A stretch of 64,000 nucleotides of DNA from Myxococcota bacterium. GTDB taxonomy: Bacteria; Myxococcota_A; UBA9160; UBA6930. Numbering within the stretch: the first letter of the stretch is position 1; each line of letters begins with the position of its first letter. Below the pieces are notes generated by a model that saw only the letters and a list, made by a program, of their open reading frames with translations, was not told the origin of the DNA and did no database searches. Below are positions 28,448 to 38,183 of the stretch, in pieces. The stretch covers positions 736,001 through 800,000 of the forward strand of contig OZ245015.1 in assembly GCA_965223705.1 (NCBI GenBank). Reading direction: 5' to 3'. The position numbers and the translations under genes are program-made.

Positions 28448-29521
28448 CTAGATTCTCCTCAGAGGCAGGATGACGTGTACTTCCGCGCCGCCGCCGGGTC
28501 GGTTCCCGACCTGGAGAAAACCGTCGTGCAGGTTGACCCAGTGTTGCGCTACGGCGAGTCCGAGCCCCGTGCCCCCCTCTCGGTTCGTCACAAACGGCGT
28601 CGTGGCGTCGGGAAGGATGGTGGGCGAAAACCCGGGTCCGCTATCGCAAATGCGCACGCGCAACCTGGGGGTCCGAGGCTCGCCGGGCTTCGCGGATTGG
28701 TGGTCGAGGGTCAGGCGTGTCTCGATCTCGACGCGGCGGCTCGGCCAATCGCTCACCGCTTGGTACGCATTGCGCAGGAGGTTGAAGAACACTTGCGTCA
28801 ATCGGTTCGAATCGCAGAGGAATTCCGGTAGCGAAGGATCGTACGCGCGCTGGGTCGAGACGCCCGTCGCCACGGGGTCGTGTTCGAGTACGTCGATGAC
28901 ACCGTCGAGGATTTCGTGGATGTTCGCCAACCGCACTTCGATTCCGTCCGATGCACTGAAAACCATGAGTTCGTCGACGAGCGCGGCGATGCGGGTCGCT
29001 TCGCGGACCACCAACTGAGCCGTCTCCCGCGTCTTGTCGTCGGTCGCGCGATGCGAGAGGAGCTCGCCGGCGCCGCGAATCCCAGCCAGAGGATTCTTGA
29101 TCTCGTGCGCCAACCCGGCCGCGATGTGCCCGAACGACTCGTTGCGGTCGCGTTCCTCTTCGAGTTGACTCAAGCGCTTCTGGAGCTCGCGGTTGCGCAG
29201 TACGACGAGGGCTCCGTTCACTCGCTCGTCGCGATCGCGCAGCGGCGAGACGTTGACGTCGAGTTGCCAACTGCCGCGCGAACGCGAGTCGATGGCGACG
29301 TCTCCTTCGGACGCCGAGAGCCCCTCGTCGAGGACACGTCGCGCGAGCCGGGCGACGGTGTGCTCGGCGCCGAAGATTTTTTCCACCGGCAATCCCGAGG
29401 CGTTCGTCACTTCGAGGTAGCGATAGGCTGCGGGGTTCACTTCTTCGACCTCGCCCTTCTCGCCGAGAACAACAACGCCCGCCAGGATCGCGTCGAGGAT
29501 GTCGGATAGATCGCGCGTCAC
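28448..29521 (-). CDS. ntrB: PAS-domain sensor histidine kinase NtrB
   Basis: AHEIKNPL.GIRGA H box, YDPSLP, NLLRNA, D.GPG, GGTGLGL; dusB-ntrB-ntrC synteny. Confidence 0.88.
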   Translation of the reverse strand: MTRDLSDILDAILAGVVVLGEKGEVEEVNPAAYRYLEVTNASGLPVEKIFGAEHTVARLARRVLDEGLSASEGDVAIDSRSRGSWQLDVNVSPLRDRDERVNGALVVLRNRELQKRLSQLEEERDRNESFGHIAAGLAHEIKNPLAGIRGAGELLSHRATDDKTRETAQLVVREATRIAALVDELMVFSASDGIEVRLANIHEILDGVIDVLEHDPVATGVSTQRAYDPSLPEFLCDSNRLTQVFFNLLRNAYQAVSDWPSRRVEIETRLTLDHQSAKPGEPRTPRLRVRICDSGPGFSPTILPDATTPFVTNREGGTGLGLAVAQHWVNLHDGFLQVGNRPGGGAEVHVILPLRRI

Positions 29522-30534
29522 GCCGCAGCCCTTTCCCGCGCTTTTTCGTCGATCGTTTCGAGGTATTCCACCGCGCGTTCCGCCAGGGCTGTCGCGGAAT
29601 CGATTCCCGCTGCGCTGCTTCGGAACCGCCGCGCGTTGGGAAGTCCGCGGACGAGCGAAGCCACGGCGCGGCGCAGTGGGTGAAGGCGGCTCGCCGGGTC
29701 GGGAAACTCGAGTTCGAATAACGGCAGGCTCTCTCGGAAAGCACTCCGTCGATCCGCCGGTGAGCGGTCATCCCCGAGGAGTTCCGCGAAGAGCCAAGGG
29801 TACGCGCTCGCGGCTCGGCCGATCATCAGTCCGGAGGCGCCGCTGTCGCGAAGCGCCCGTCGCGCACTCTTCGCATCGACGACGTCGCCGTTGGCGAGGA
29901 CCGGGACCGAGACCGCGTCGACGACGGCTCGGACCGCGGCATAGTCCGCGGTGCCCCGATAGCGCTGCACGCGGGTTCGGCCGTGGACGGTGATGAGGTC
30001 GGCGCCCGCGGCGGCGCAGCGTCGCGCGAGTTCCGGCGCGCTGCGGTCCGACGCGTCCCAACCCGAGCGCATCTTGACCGACAGGGAGCCGGGAAAAACC
30101 GCGCGCATCGCCGCGACGCAGGCGGACAGACGCTCCGGGGTGCGCAGCAGGGCGGCTCCAGCCCCGCCGCGGATGAACTTGTCCACCGGGCAGCCCGCGT
30201 TCAGATCGATCCACGACACCCGGTGCTCCGACAGCCAGGCGCCGGCGTCGGCGAGCTCGGCCGGATCGCCGCCGAACAGCTGCACGGCGGTTCCGGGCTC
30301 GAGGGTGAAGGCCGGTAGGCGCGCCGGGGTTCTGCGCTCGCGGCTGGGATCGGCGAGCCACCGGAGCAGGCCGCGCGCCGAGAGGGTCTCGGTAAACACA
30401 CGCGCCGCGCCGCCCCGACGGGCCAACACACGGAATCCCGCGTTCGATACCCCCGACATGGGCGCCATCACCAGTCGATGGCGAATTCCCAACGCCGCGA
30501 GCTCCCGAGGTGTCTGCCTAAATAATGAGCACAT
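29518..30534 (-). CDS. dusB: tRNA-dihydrouridine synthase (DusB/NifR3)
   Basis: APMSG, VQLFG, DLNAGCP, GAGAALL, VKMRSGW, HGRT, NGDV, MIGR. Confidence 0.88.
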   Translation of the reverse strand: MCSLFRQTPRELAALGIRHRLVMAPMSGVSNAGFRVLARRGGAARVFTETLSARGLLRWLADPSRERRTPARLPAFTLEPGTAVQLFGGDPAELADAGAWLSEHRVSWIDLNAGCPVDKFIRGGAGAALLRTPERLSACVAAMRAVFPGSLSVKMRSGWDASDRSAPELARRCAAAGADLITVHGRTRVQRYRGTADYAAVRAVVDAVSVPVLANGDVVDAKSARRALRDSGASGLMIGRAASAYPWLFAELLGDDRSPADRRSAFRESLPLFELEFPDPASRLHPLRRAVASLVRGLPNARRFRSSAAGIDSATALAERAVEYLETIDEKARERAAA

Positions 30535-30611
30535 CGACCCGAAGCTAGCAGGCCCATCGCCCGCTCGCGCCGCTCCGCCAGGAACCGTCGTCCCCGCTAC
30601 TCTCGGGCGCG

Positions 30612-31853
30612 ATGCTCCGCGGAATCTCCGTCGCCGACGCGCGCAAGATCGTGCTCTCCGACGTCACTGCGTTGCCCGCAGAGACGGTGGCGAGCAGTGA
30701 GGCGTCGGGCCGTGTCCTCGCCGAGTCCGTGGCCGCCCGCTTCACGCATCCGCCCGCCGATTGCTCGGCGATGGACGGCTACGCCGTAGCGGCGTCCGAT
30801 CTCGCGGGCGCCTCGGGGGCCTCCCCTGTGGTGCTTTCCCAGGCGTATGAGATCGCCGCCGGAAACCTCACACCGCCCCCGCTCCCGGCGGGCCAGGTCG
30901 CACGGATCTTCACCGGAGCACCGCTTCCCGCGGGTGCCGACAGCGTCGTTCGCCAGGAGGACACCCGATCGGATGGGGCCGACATCGCGTTCGAGATTGC
31001 TCCCGAAGTCGGCGATCACGTGCGCCGCGCGGGGGAAGACGTCCGCGCGGGCGATTTGGTGCTCGCCGCCGGAACCCTGCTGCGGTCCCCGCAGATCGGC
31101 ATGCTCGCAGGGCTGGCGCGCACCCTCGTGCGGGTCCACCGGCGACCGCGCGTGACGCTCATCTCGGGAGGAGACGAGCTCGTCGAACCCGACCGCGCGG
31201 TCGGGGACGGGCGCATCGTGTCGTCGAACGCGTACGCGCTCGAAGCGGAGTGCCGCGCACTCGGCGCGGTGCCTTCGAACTTGGGGATCGCCGGCGATTC
31301 GCCCGGGGCGCTCGAGGCGATTCTGCGCGAGGGGCTCGCAACCGACGTCATCGTCAGCAGCGCGGGTGTGTCCGTGGGAGATCACGATCACGTACGCCCG
31401 GTACTCGAGCAGCTCGGGTGCGAAGTCGCATTCTGGGGCGTGAACATGAAACCCGGCTTCCCGGTCGTGTTCGGGCGGTTCGCGTCCGGACCGCTGGTGT
31501 TCGGGCTGCCGGGGAATCCGGTGTCCGCGTTCGTCACGTTCCTGCTGTTTGTCGCACCCACACTCCGCAAGCTGCTCGGCTACCGACGATTGTTTCTCCC
31601 CAAGGTCACGGCGCGGGTGGCGGAGACGCTCACCAAGACCGCGGGTCGCACGCACTTCGTCCGGGTTTGCCTCGACGAGGGGGTCGGCGGGTATGAGGCG
31701 CGGACGACGGGAAACCAGAGTTCCGGCGTGTTTCGTTCCCTCGCGACGGCGGACGGCCTGCTCGAATTTCCGGCAGAAGCGACGGAGATTCGAGTGGGAG
31801 ACGAAGCCGTCGTACATCTGATCGATCCCGTGCGACTGGGAAGCGAAGCCTAG
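30612..31853 (+). CDS. moeA: molybdopterin molybdotransferase
   Basis: SAMDGYA, IFTGAP.P.GADSVV.QE, GDEL, GVSVGD.D, MKPG.P, GLPGNPVS. Confidence 0.94.
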   Translation: MLRGISVADARKIVLSDVTALPAETVASSEASGRVLAESVAARFTHPPADCSAMDGYAVAASDLAGASGASPVVLSQAYEIAAGNLTPPPLPAGQVARIFTGAPLPAGADSVVRQEDTRSDGADIAFEIAPEVGDHVRRAGEDVRAGDLVLAAGTLLRSPQIGMLAGLARTLVRVHRRPRVTLISGGDELVEPDRAVGDGRIVSSNAYALEAECRALGAVPSNLGIAGDSPGALEAILREGLATDVIVSSAGVSVGDHDHVRPVLEQLGCEVAFWGVNMKPGFPVVFGRFASGPLVFGLPGNPVSAFVTFLLFVAPTLRKLLGYRRLFLPKVTARVAETLTKTAGRTHFVRVCLDEGVGGYEARTTGNQSSGVFRSLATADGLLEFPAEATEIRVGDEAVVHLIDPVRLGSEA

Positions 31854-31865
31854 GAACGGAAACCG

Positions 31866-32744
31866 ATGTCACTACCGGTCACGTCTCTAACGGTGCCTTT
31901 CGATGGCACGTTTGATCTCGCAGCCGCCCCTACGGCGTTCCCCGGAGAGCGCCTTTCGAAGAAACACGCGCGCAAGGCGCTGCGCCGCGAGGTAGCGCGG
32001 ATCCACGAGCTCCAGCGCTGCCTGTATGCGCAGGATCGGTACGCCGTGTTGCTGGTTTTTCAGGCGATGGACGCCGCCGGGAAGGACAGCACCATCCGGG
32101 CGGTGATGACCGGAATCAACCCGGCCGGATGTCAGGTCTTTTCCTTCAAGAAACCGTCGACGCTCGAGCTCGACCACGATTTCCTCTGGCGCAGTGCGCG
32201 CCGTCTTCCCGAACGCGGTCGAATCGGCGTGTTCAACCGCAGCTACTACGAAGAGATCCTCGTCGTCCGGGTTCATCCCGAGCTCTTGCATCACCAGCGG
32301 ATCCCCAACGGCGAACCGACTCCCGAATTCTGGGAGGAGCGCATCCAGTCGATCCGCGAACACGAAGCCCACCTCGCGCGCAATGGCACCGTGATCCTGA
32401 AGTTCTGGCTCAACGTCTCGCAGCGCGAGCAGAAGCGGCGTTTCCTCGACCGGCTCGAGCATCCGCGGAAGCACTGGAAGTTCTCCTCCGCCGACATCGA
32501 GGAGAGCCGGCACTGGTCGGCATACATGGCTGCTTATCAGGAGGCGCTTCGCGGCACGTCTCGTCCCTGGGCGCCGTGGTACGCGATCCCTGCGGACCAC
32601 AAGCCTTCGATGCGTATCGAGGTCGCCCGGCTGGTCGCCGACGCTCTCTCCTCACTCGATCTCGCTTACCCCAAACCTCCGCCGCGAGAACGTCAGCGCT
32701 TCGACGAGTTCCGGAAGCAGCTGCGTGGAGAGCTCGAGTTGTGA
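31866..32744 (+). CDS. ppk2: polyphosphate kinase 2 (class III-like)
   Basis: FQAMDAAGKDSTI, SFKKPS..ELDHDFLWR, FNRSYYE, WKFS..D, APWY.IPAD.K. Confidence 0.93.
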   Translation: MSLPVTSLTVPFDGTFDLAAAPTAFPGERLSKKHARKALRREVARIHELQRCLYAQDRYAVLLVFQAMDAAGKDSTIRAVMTGINPAGCQVFSFKKPSTLELDHDFLWRSARRLPERGRIGVFNRSYYEEILVVRVHPELLHHQRIPNGEPTPEFWEERIQSIREHEAHLARNGTVILKFWLNVSQREQKRRFLDRLEHPRKHWKFSSADIEESRHWSAYMAAYQEALRGTSRPWAPWYAIPADHKPSMRIEVARLVADALSSLDLAYPKPPPRERQRFDEFRKQLRGELEL

Positions 32745-33355
32745 GCGCGGAGAGACGGCTCGGCGCGCAGTTGGCGTTTATCGAAGAAATCGATCGATTG
32801 AAGAACATCGAGCGACGCTCGAGGCTCTTCGACGGCTCTCGACGCGAAAACTCCGCCGAACACAGTTGGCACGTCGCGATCGCGGCGCTGGTACTGGCCG
32901 AACACGCGGACGAGAAAATCGACGTCTCGCGAGTCGTTGCGATGCTGCTGCTCCACGATCTCGTGGAGATCGACGCGGGTGACACTTTTCTCTACGACGA
33001 AACCGCGGCGGCCGAGAAGACCGAACGGGAGTCGCGTGCGGCCGCACGCCTGTTCGGTTTGCTGCCCGATGAACAGGGGCGCCACTTCGCGGCGCTCTGG
33101 TGCGAATTCGAAGACGGGAAGACCCGCGAGGCGCGCTTTGCGGCGGCGATCGATCGCGTACTTCCCGTGCTCCACAACACCCATCACCGCGGGGCCCTCT
33201 GGAGGGAGCACGGCGTTTCGCAAGCGCGGGTCGTCGCGAAGAACCGCGGGATCGGTCGGGCCGCCCCGCGGTTGTGGACGGCGATCCATCGCCGGATCCG
33301 GGAGGTTTTTCCACCGACCGAAGACGACGTTGCGCCCGGGCGATCTTCCACATAG
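32741..33355 (+). CDS. HD-domain phosphohydrolase (HDDC2/YfbR-like)
   Basis: ENSAEHSWH, LLHDLVEIDAGD, EARFAAAIDR; GTGA overlap with ppk2. Confidence 0.88.
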   Translation: MSAERRLGAQLAFIEEIDRLKNIERRSRLFDGSRRENSAEHSWHVAIAALVLAEHADEKIDVSRVVAMLLLHDLVEIDAGDTFLYDETAAAEKTERESRAAARLFGLLPDEQGRHFAALWCEFEDGKTREARFAAAIDRVLPVLHNTHHRGALWREHGVSQARVVAKNRGIGRAAPRLWTAIHRRIREVFPPTEDDVAPGRSST

Positions 33356-33378
33356 GGTATTTCTCCCGAAAGGACGCC

Positions 33379-34689
33379 ATGACGACCCCCAACCCGATCT
33401 CTACAGCCGAAACCACGCCGCGCGACCTCATCGGCCCACATCGGACCGCCGACGCCATTCTCGAGGCGTCTCGATCGGTACGGGGGCAAACGGGGCGACT
33501 TGCCGAACCTCTGACCGCCGAGGATTGCTCGATTCAATCGATGCCCGACGCGAGCCCGACAAAGTGGCACTTGGCCCACACGTCATGGTTCTTTGAGACG
33601 TTTGTCCTCGAGGAGTATCTCGCGGACTACGCGTGTTTCGATGCGTCTTACCGGTACTTGTTCAACTCGTACTACAACAGCGTGGGAGATCAGTACCCGC
33701 GACCCGAGCGAGGCCTTCTCTCGCGGCCCGGCCTCGACGAGATCGAACGCTACCGGAGTCACGTCGACGAAGGACTCGAGCGCTGTCTCAACGAAGTGGA
33801 TCACGCCGATCGAGAGCGGGTGATGACGTTGATCGAGATCGGGCTCCATCACGAGCAGCAACATCAAGAGCTGATCTTGACGGACGTGAAGCACATGTTG
33901 TCGCACCATCCGGAGGCGGGGATCTACAAGCGCCGCGAATCGGCGTCGGACGCGACCTCTCGACCTCTGCGGTGGGTTCCTTTCTCGGGTGGGCGCGCCA
34001 GGTTCGGGCACGACGGTGAGGGCTTCTTCTTCGACAACGAGACGCCCGAGCACGATCAGCTCGTTCACCCGTTTGAGCTGGGATCGCGCCCGGTGACGAA
34101 CGGAGATTTTCTCGCGTTTATCGAAGACGGCGGTTATCGCACGCCGACGTTGTGGCTGTCCGAGGGCTTCGCCTGGGTGCAGGAGTGCGGGATCGAGCGC
34201 CCGCTCTACTGGCTTGGAGACGGCGAGGAACCGACACACTACACCCTCGCCGGAATCACCGCGCTCGAGCCAAACGAGCCGGTCACGCACGTCAGCTACT
34301 ACGAGGCGGACGCGTTCGCGCGCTGGGCCGGGGCACGGCTCCCTACGGAATTCGAGTGGGAATACGCGGCGGGAGATGTCGCGATGGACGGCAACTTTCT
34401 CGAAACAGACCGATTCCATCCGGATGTCGGCCAAACGGATGGGCGCTTGGACCAGCTCTACGGCGACGTCTGGGAGTGGACGCAGAGTCCCTATGTCGCG
34501 TACCCGGGGTACCGCCCGCCGTCCGGCGCTCTCGGCGAGTACAACGGCAAGTTCATGTGTAACCAGTGGGTGCTTCGCGGGGGGTCTTGTGCGACACCTC
34601 GGTCGCACATTCGCAAGACGTACCGGAATTTCTTTCCTGCCGACGCGCGCTGGCAGTTCTCGGGGATTCGCCTCGCCCGGGACGGCTAG
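33379..34689 (+). CDS. egtB: ergothioneine biosynthesis sulfoxide synthase EgtB
   Basis: QSMPDASPTKWHLAH, FNSYY, RPER, HEQQHQE Fe site, FGE domain (LPTEFEWE, GDVWEW, EYNGKFM, YRNFF). Confidence 0.92.
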   Translation: MTTPNPISTAETTPRDLIGPHRTADAILEASRSVRGQTGRLAEPLTAEDCSIQSMPDASPTKWHLAHTSWFFETFVLEEYLADYACFDASYRYLFNSYYNSVGDQYPRPERGLLSRPGLDEIERYRSHVDEGLERCLNEVDHADRERVMTLIEIGLHHEQQHQELILTDVKHMLSHHPEAGIYKRRESASDATSRPLRWVPFSGGRARFGHDGEGFFFDNETPEHDQLVHPFELGSRPVTNGDFLAFIEDGGYRTPTLWLSEGFAWVQECGIERPLYWLGDGEEPTHYTLAGITALEPNEPVTHVSYYEADAFARWAGARLPTEFEWEYAAGDVAMDGNFLETDRFHPDVGQTDGRLDQLYGDVWEWTQSPYVAYPGYRPPSGALGEYNGKFMCNQWVLRGGSCATPRSHIRKTYRNFFPADARWQFSGIRLARDG

Positions 34690-36065
34690 GCCGGCGCGTT
34701 CCGGAGGAGAATTCCCTCGCGCAACCCCCAGTCGCTGACTGCGATCTCCCGCAGGTCGAGTTCCTCGCAGAGCGTCGCGAGGATGATGCAACCCGCGGGC
34801 AGCAGATCCGCGCGCCGGCGTTGAACCCCCGGTAGCTCCCGCCGCTTCGCTTTCGGTACGGCGAGCAACTCGTCGCGGATCTCGCGCAGCTCGGCGAGAT
34901 CGAGCCGTAGCTCCGCCAACGCCTTCTTCTTGCCTTCGCGGCGGGTGAGCGCGCGACGGCCGAGAGCTCGGATGGTCCCTCCGGTGGCGACGGCGTGGTA
35001 CGGCTCCGAGCTGCGGATTCGCAGCGACGCTTCCCGCAGTTCTTCGCGAACGCGATCGGCGACACGCAGGGCCTCGACGGCCGTCGGGGGATCGCTGTGG
35101 ATGAGCTCCCGGCCGAGCCGCGCCACACCGAGCCGGAGCGTCGTTTCCCATTCGAGTTCGGTCGCGTCGCCGAGGCCGAGTTCGAGGCTGCCGCCGCCGA
35201 GGTCTACGGCCAGCGAACGCCCCGGTCCGAGCGCGCCTCGCGCGGCCAACGCTTCGAACGTGATGCGGGCTTCGTCGTTGCCCGACAAGACATCGACGGG
35301 GCTGCCCAGCGCTTTGCCGATCTTCTTGGCGACCGCCATGCCGTTTTCCGCGTCGCGAACCGCAGACGTAGCGATCGGCAGCAAGACCTCGGCGCCGGCT
35401 CTTCGAGCCGCGTTTCCGAGGAAGTTCGCGGCGCGAACGACCCGTTTGATCACGGGATCCGGGATGCGACCGTCGCTCACAATCGCCGAGCCCAGACGCA
35501 ACATGATCCGTTCTCGATCGACGGGCACCAACCCGCCGCGATTGTCGACGTCGGCGACGAGCAGATGGAAGGACGTACTTCCCAGGTCCAGTACGGCGAG
35601 CCGCTTCTTCCTCCGAACCGGAGCGGGGATGGCCCGCTCGTAGCGCGCCCGGCTCGGCGGCGTGCCCTCGATACGCCACACACCGGCTGTGTCACAGCGC
35701 AAATCGCTTTCGATCCGGAGGCCGTCTTCCTCGAGTTCTCGAAGCGCGCCCGGGATGAGGTCCCCGTGGCTGCACAGCACATAGTGACCGGCTCCGAGCT
35801 CTCGCATCATTTCGACCAGTTTGCCGACCGATTCGCCCTCGCGGAGTCGGTCGTCGACCTCGAGAGCGATGTCGTGGTGACGACACAGCGGCGCCAAGGT
35901 TTCGAGACAGCGGCGCACGGGGCTCGAGATCACGCGATCGAGGGAGGCGTCGCCGAGCATGTCGACCAGGGCCTCTGCCTGTCGCTCGCCTTCGTCCGAT
36001 AGCGACCGCTCGGTGGAGCCGGGCCGCGGCTTTTCCGCCTTGGCGTGCCGGAGCAAGTAGATCAG
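34686..36065 (-). CDS. fusion: histidine phosphatase (SixA/MutT1-CTD-like) + Ppx/GppA exopolyphosphatase
   Basis: YLLRHAKA, SSP..RC.ET, LCSHGD in the same frame as LDLGSTSFHL, ATSAVRDA.N, EAR, DLGGGSLEL, GLREG; probable CTG start at 36065. Confidence 0.85.
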   Translation of the reverse strand: MIYLLRHAKAEKPRPGSTERSLSDEGERQAEALVDMLGDASLDRVISSPVRRCLETLAPLCRHHDIALEVDDRLREGESVGKLVEMMRELGAGHYVLCSHGDLIPGALRELEEDGLRIESDLRCDTAGVWRIEGTPPSRARYERAIPAPVRRKKRLAVLDLGSTSFHLLVADVDNRGGLVPVDRERIMLRLGSAIVSDGRIPDPVIKRVVRAANFLGNAARRAGAEVLLPIATSAVRDAENGMAVAKKIGKALGSPVDVLSGNDEARITFEALAARGALGPGRSLAVDLGGGSLELGLGDATELEWETTLRLGVARLGRELIHSDPPTAVEALRVADRVREELREASLRIRSSEPYHAVATGGTIRALGRRALTRREGKKKALAELRLDLAELREIRDELLAVPKAKRRELPGVQRRRADLLPAGCIILATLCEELDLREIAVSDWGLREGILLRNAPA

Positions 36066-36103
36066 GACCGAACCCCCCGCGACCAGATTAACAGGTGCAC
36101 CAC

Positions 36104-38149
36104 TTATAACGAGGCGCGATCCAGCGCATCTTTCTGCAGTCGATCTTGGGGGTGCCAGACTCCGGGGCTGCGCTCCCAGCTGCCGTCCGCGCACAGCGTC
36201 CAACAGCGTGCGTCGGGATGGAGATGGGCCTCGAGGATGTCGTCGAGACGCTTCGCGAGTTCGGCATCCTCGACGGTGACGAGCGCTTCGACGCGACGAT
36301 CGAGGTTGCGTGGCATCAGGTCCGCAGAACCCATGGCGTGGCGTCGCCGACTCTGTTCGCCTCCGAAGCGATAGATCCTCGAGTGTTCGAGGAAAGATCC
36401 GACGACCGAGCGCACGCGAATGTTCTCGGAAAGCCCCGGCACCTCGGGCCGCAAGCAGCAAACACTTCGGACGATCAGGTCGACGCGGACGCCCGCGCGC
36501 GAGGCGGCGTAGAGCGCGGCGATGATCTCGGGATCCGACAGGTTGTTGACCTTGATGGCGATCTCGCCCTTTGATCCGGCGTCGGTCTCCTGGCGGATTT
36601 GATCCAACAGATAACTGCGCAACTGAGACGGTGCGACACGCAGTCTGCGGAACACCGAGGGTTGACCAAACCCCGTCAGTTGATTGAAGAGCTGTGAGAG
36701 GTCGGCGCCTAGATCGGGGTCGGCGGAGAAGAACCCCAAATCTTCGTAGAGGCTTGCGGTATCCGGATTGTAGTTCCCGGTGCCCACGTGGCAGTAGCGC
36801 CGGATGCCGTCCTCTTCTTCGCGCACCACGAGCAGCGTCTTCGCGTGGGTCTTCAACCCGACCATGCCGTACACGACGTGAACGCCCGCCTCTTCCAAGG
36901 TTTGGGCCCACTCGATGTTGGCTTCCTCGTCAAAGCGCGCGGTCAGCTCGACGACCGTCGCGACCTGCTTGCCCTCGCGGGCCGCACGCGCGAGATGATG
37001 TACGAACGGATTCTCCGCACCGGCCGTGCGGTACAGGGTGTGCTTGATCGCGAGAACTTGGGGGTCGTCCGCCGCCTGGGCGAGAAAAGCCGCGACGGAA
37101 GTCTCGAAACCCTCGTACGGGTGATGGACGAGCACGTCGCCTTCCCGGAGTTTCGCGAAGAAATCGGTCTTGCTCGCGCCGACTTCCGGCCGCAGCGCTT
37201 TCGGCGTGATGGGTCGCCAGGTCGCGTCTTTCAAATCCGGTCGGTCGAGTCGAGACAACGCGCCGAGGCCGGCCAGGTCGAGAGGACCGTGCATCTCGTA
37301 CAAGTCGTCGGCTTCGAGACCCAACTCGTGAGCGAGGAGGTTCCGAATGCGTTCCGACATCCCTTCCTCGATTTCGAGTCGCACCGCGTGGCTCATCCTC
37401 CGGCGCCGCACCAAGCCGGATTCGATCGCTTCCCGAAGGTTGTCGAACTCTCCGTCGGCGATGTCGAGGTCGCCGTCCCGAGTCACGCGGAATGCCGCGC
37501 AGTCCATGATCGCCATCCCCGGAAACAGGGAATCGAGGTGCGCGGCGATGACCTGTTCGAGGGCCACCAGCCTCCCGCCGTCTTCGAGCGAAACGAATCT
37601 CGGCAGAATGTTGGGAACTTTCACCCGCGCAAAACGGGTTTCGGCCCCGTCGGTGCCCGCGAGTTCGACCGCCAGGTTGAGCGAGAGGTTCGAGATGTAG
37701 GGGAAAGGGTGCGCGGGATCGACGGCGAGCGGTGTCAGCACGGGAAAGAGCTGCTCGCGAAAAACGTGTCGCAACGAGCGGCGGTCGCTCCCGGAAAGCT
37801 CGGACCACTCGACGAAGCGCACGTCGGCCCCGGCAAGCGCCGGGCGCAAGTGTTTCGTGAACAGTTCTTCTTGGTGGGTGACGAGCTCAAGGGTTCGCGA
37901 GCGGATTCGCCGCAACAACTCGGCCGGCGGCAATTCCCCGCCGGTCGGCTCGATGCCGGCCGCGATCTCGTCCTTCAGGCCGGCGACACGGATCTGGAAA
38001 AATTCGTCCAGATTCCGGCTGAAAATCGCCATGAACTTCGTGCGTTCGAGAAGCGGGCGCGTCTCGTCCTCGGCTTCCGCGAGGACGCGCGCGTTCCAAT
38101 CGAGCCACGACAGCTCGCGAGCGAACCGTCGCCCGCTCGCACTGTGCAC
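36104..38149 (-). CDS. ppk1: polyphosphate kinase 1
   Basis: RELSWL, NLDEFF.IRVAG, HPFP, HHPY (phospho-His), ARFDEEANI, KTHAK, GTGNYN, FLEHSR, SADLMPRNL.RRVE. Confidence 0.96.
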   Translation of the reverse strand: MHSASGRRFARELSWLDWNARVLAEAEDETRPLLERTKFMAIFSRNLDEFFQIRVAGLKDEIAAGIEPTGGELPPAELLRRIRSRTLELVTHQEELFTKHLRPALAGADVRFVEWSELSGSDRRSLRHVFREQLFPVLTPLAVDPAHPFPYISNLSLNLAVELAGTDGAETRFARVKVPNILPRFVSLEDGGRLVALEQVIAAHLDSLFPGMAIMDCAAFRVTRDGDLDIADGEFDNLREAIESGLVRRRRMSHAVRLEIEEGMSERIRNLLAHELGLEADDLYEMHGPLDLAGLGALSRLDRPDLKDATWRPITPKALRPEVGASKTDFFAKLREGDVLVHHPYEGFETSVAAFLAQAADDPQVLAIKHTLYRTAGAENPFVHHLARAAREGKQVATVVELTARFDEEANIEWAQTLEEAGVHVVYGMVGLKTHAKTLLVVREEEDGIRRYCHVGTGNYNPDTASLYEDLGFFSADPDLGADLSQLFNQLTGFGQPSVFRRLRVAPSQLRSYLLDQIRQETDAGSKGEIAIKVNNLSDPEIIAALYAASRAGVRVDLIVRSVCCLRPEVPGLSENIRVRSVVGSFLEHSRIYRFGGEQSRRRHAMGSADLMPRNLDRRVEALVTVEDAELAKRLDDILEAHLHPDARCWTLCADGSWERSPGVWHPQDRLQKDALDRASL

Positions 38150-38183
38150 GTGAGCGCTATCGATGCGCGCGTCCGGAACCGCG

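Noticed and set aside
33379..34689. Selenoneine (senA) or ovothiol (ovoA) assignment
   Set aside because: No senB/selD neighbours and no C-terminal methyltransferase domain.
36066..36911. N-terminal 280 aa of the 741-aa ORF 34686-36911
   Set aside because: Overlaps ppk1 in another frame and is low-complexity Arg-rich. The real protein starts near 36065.
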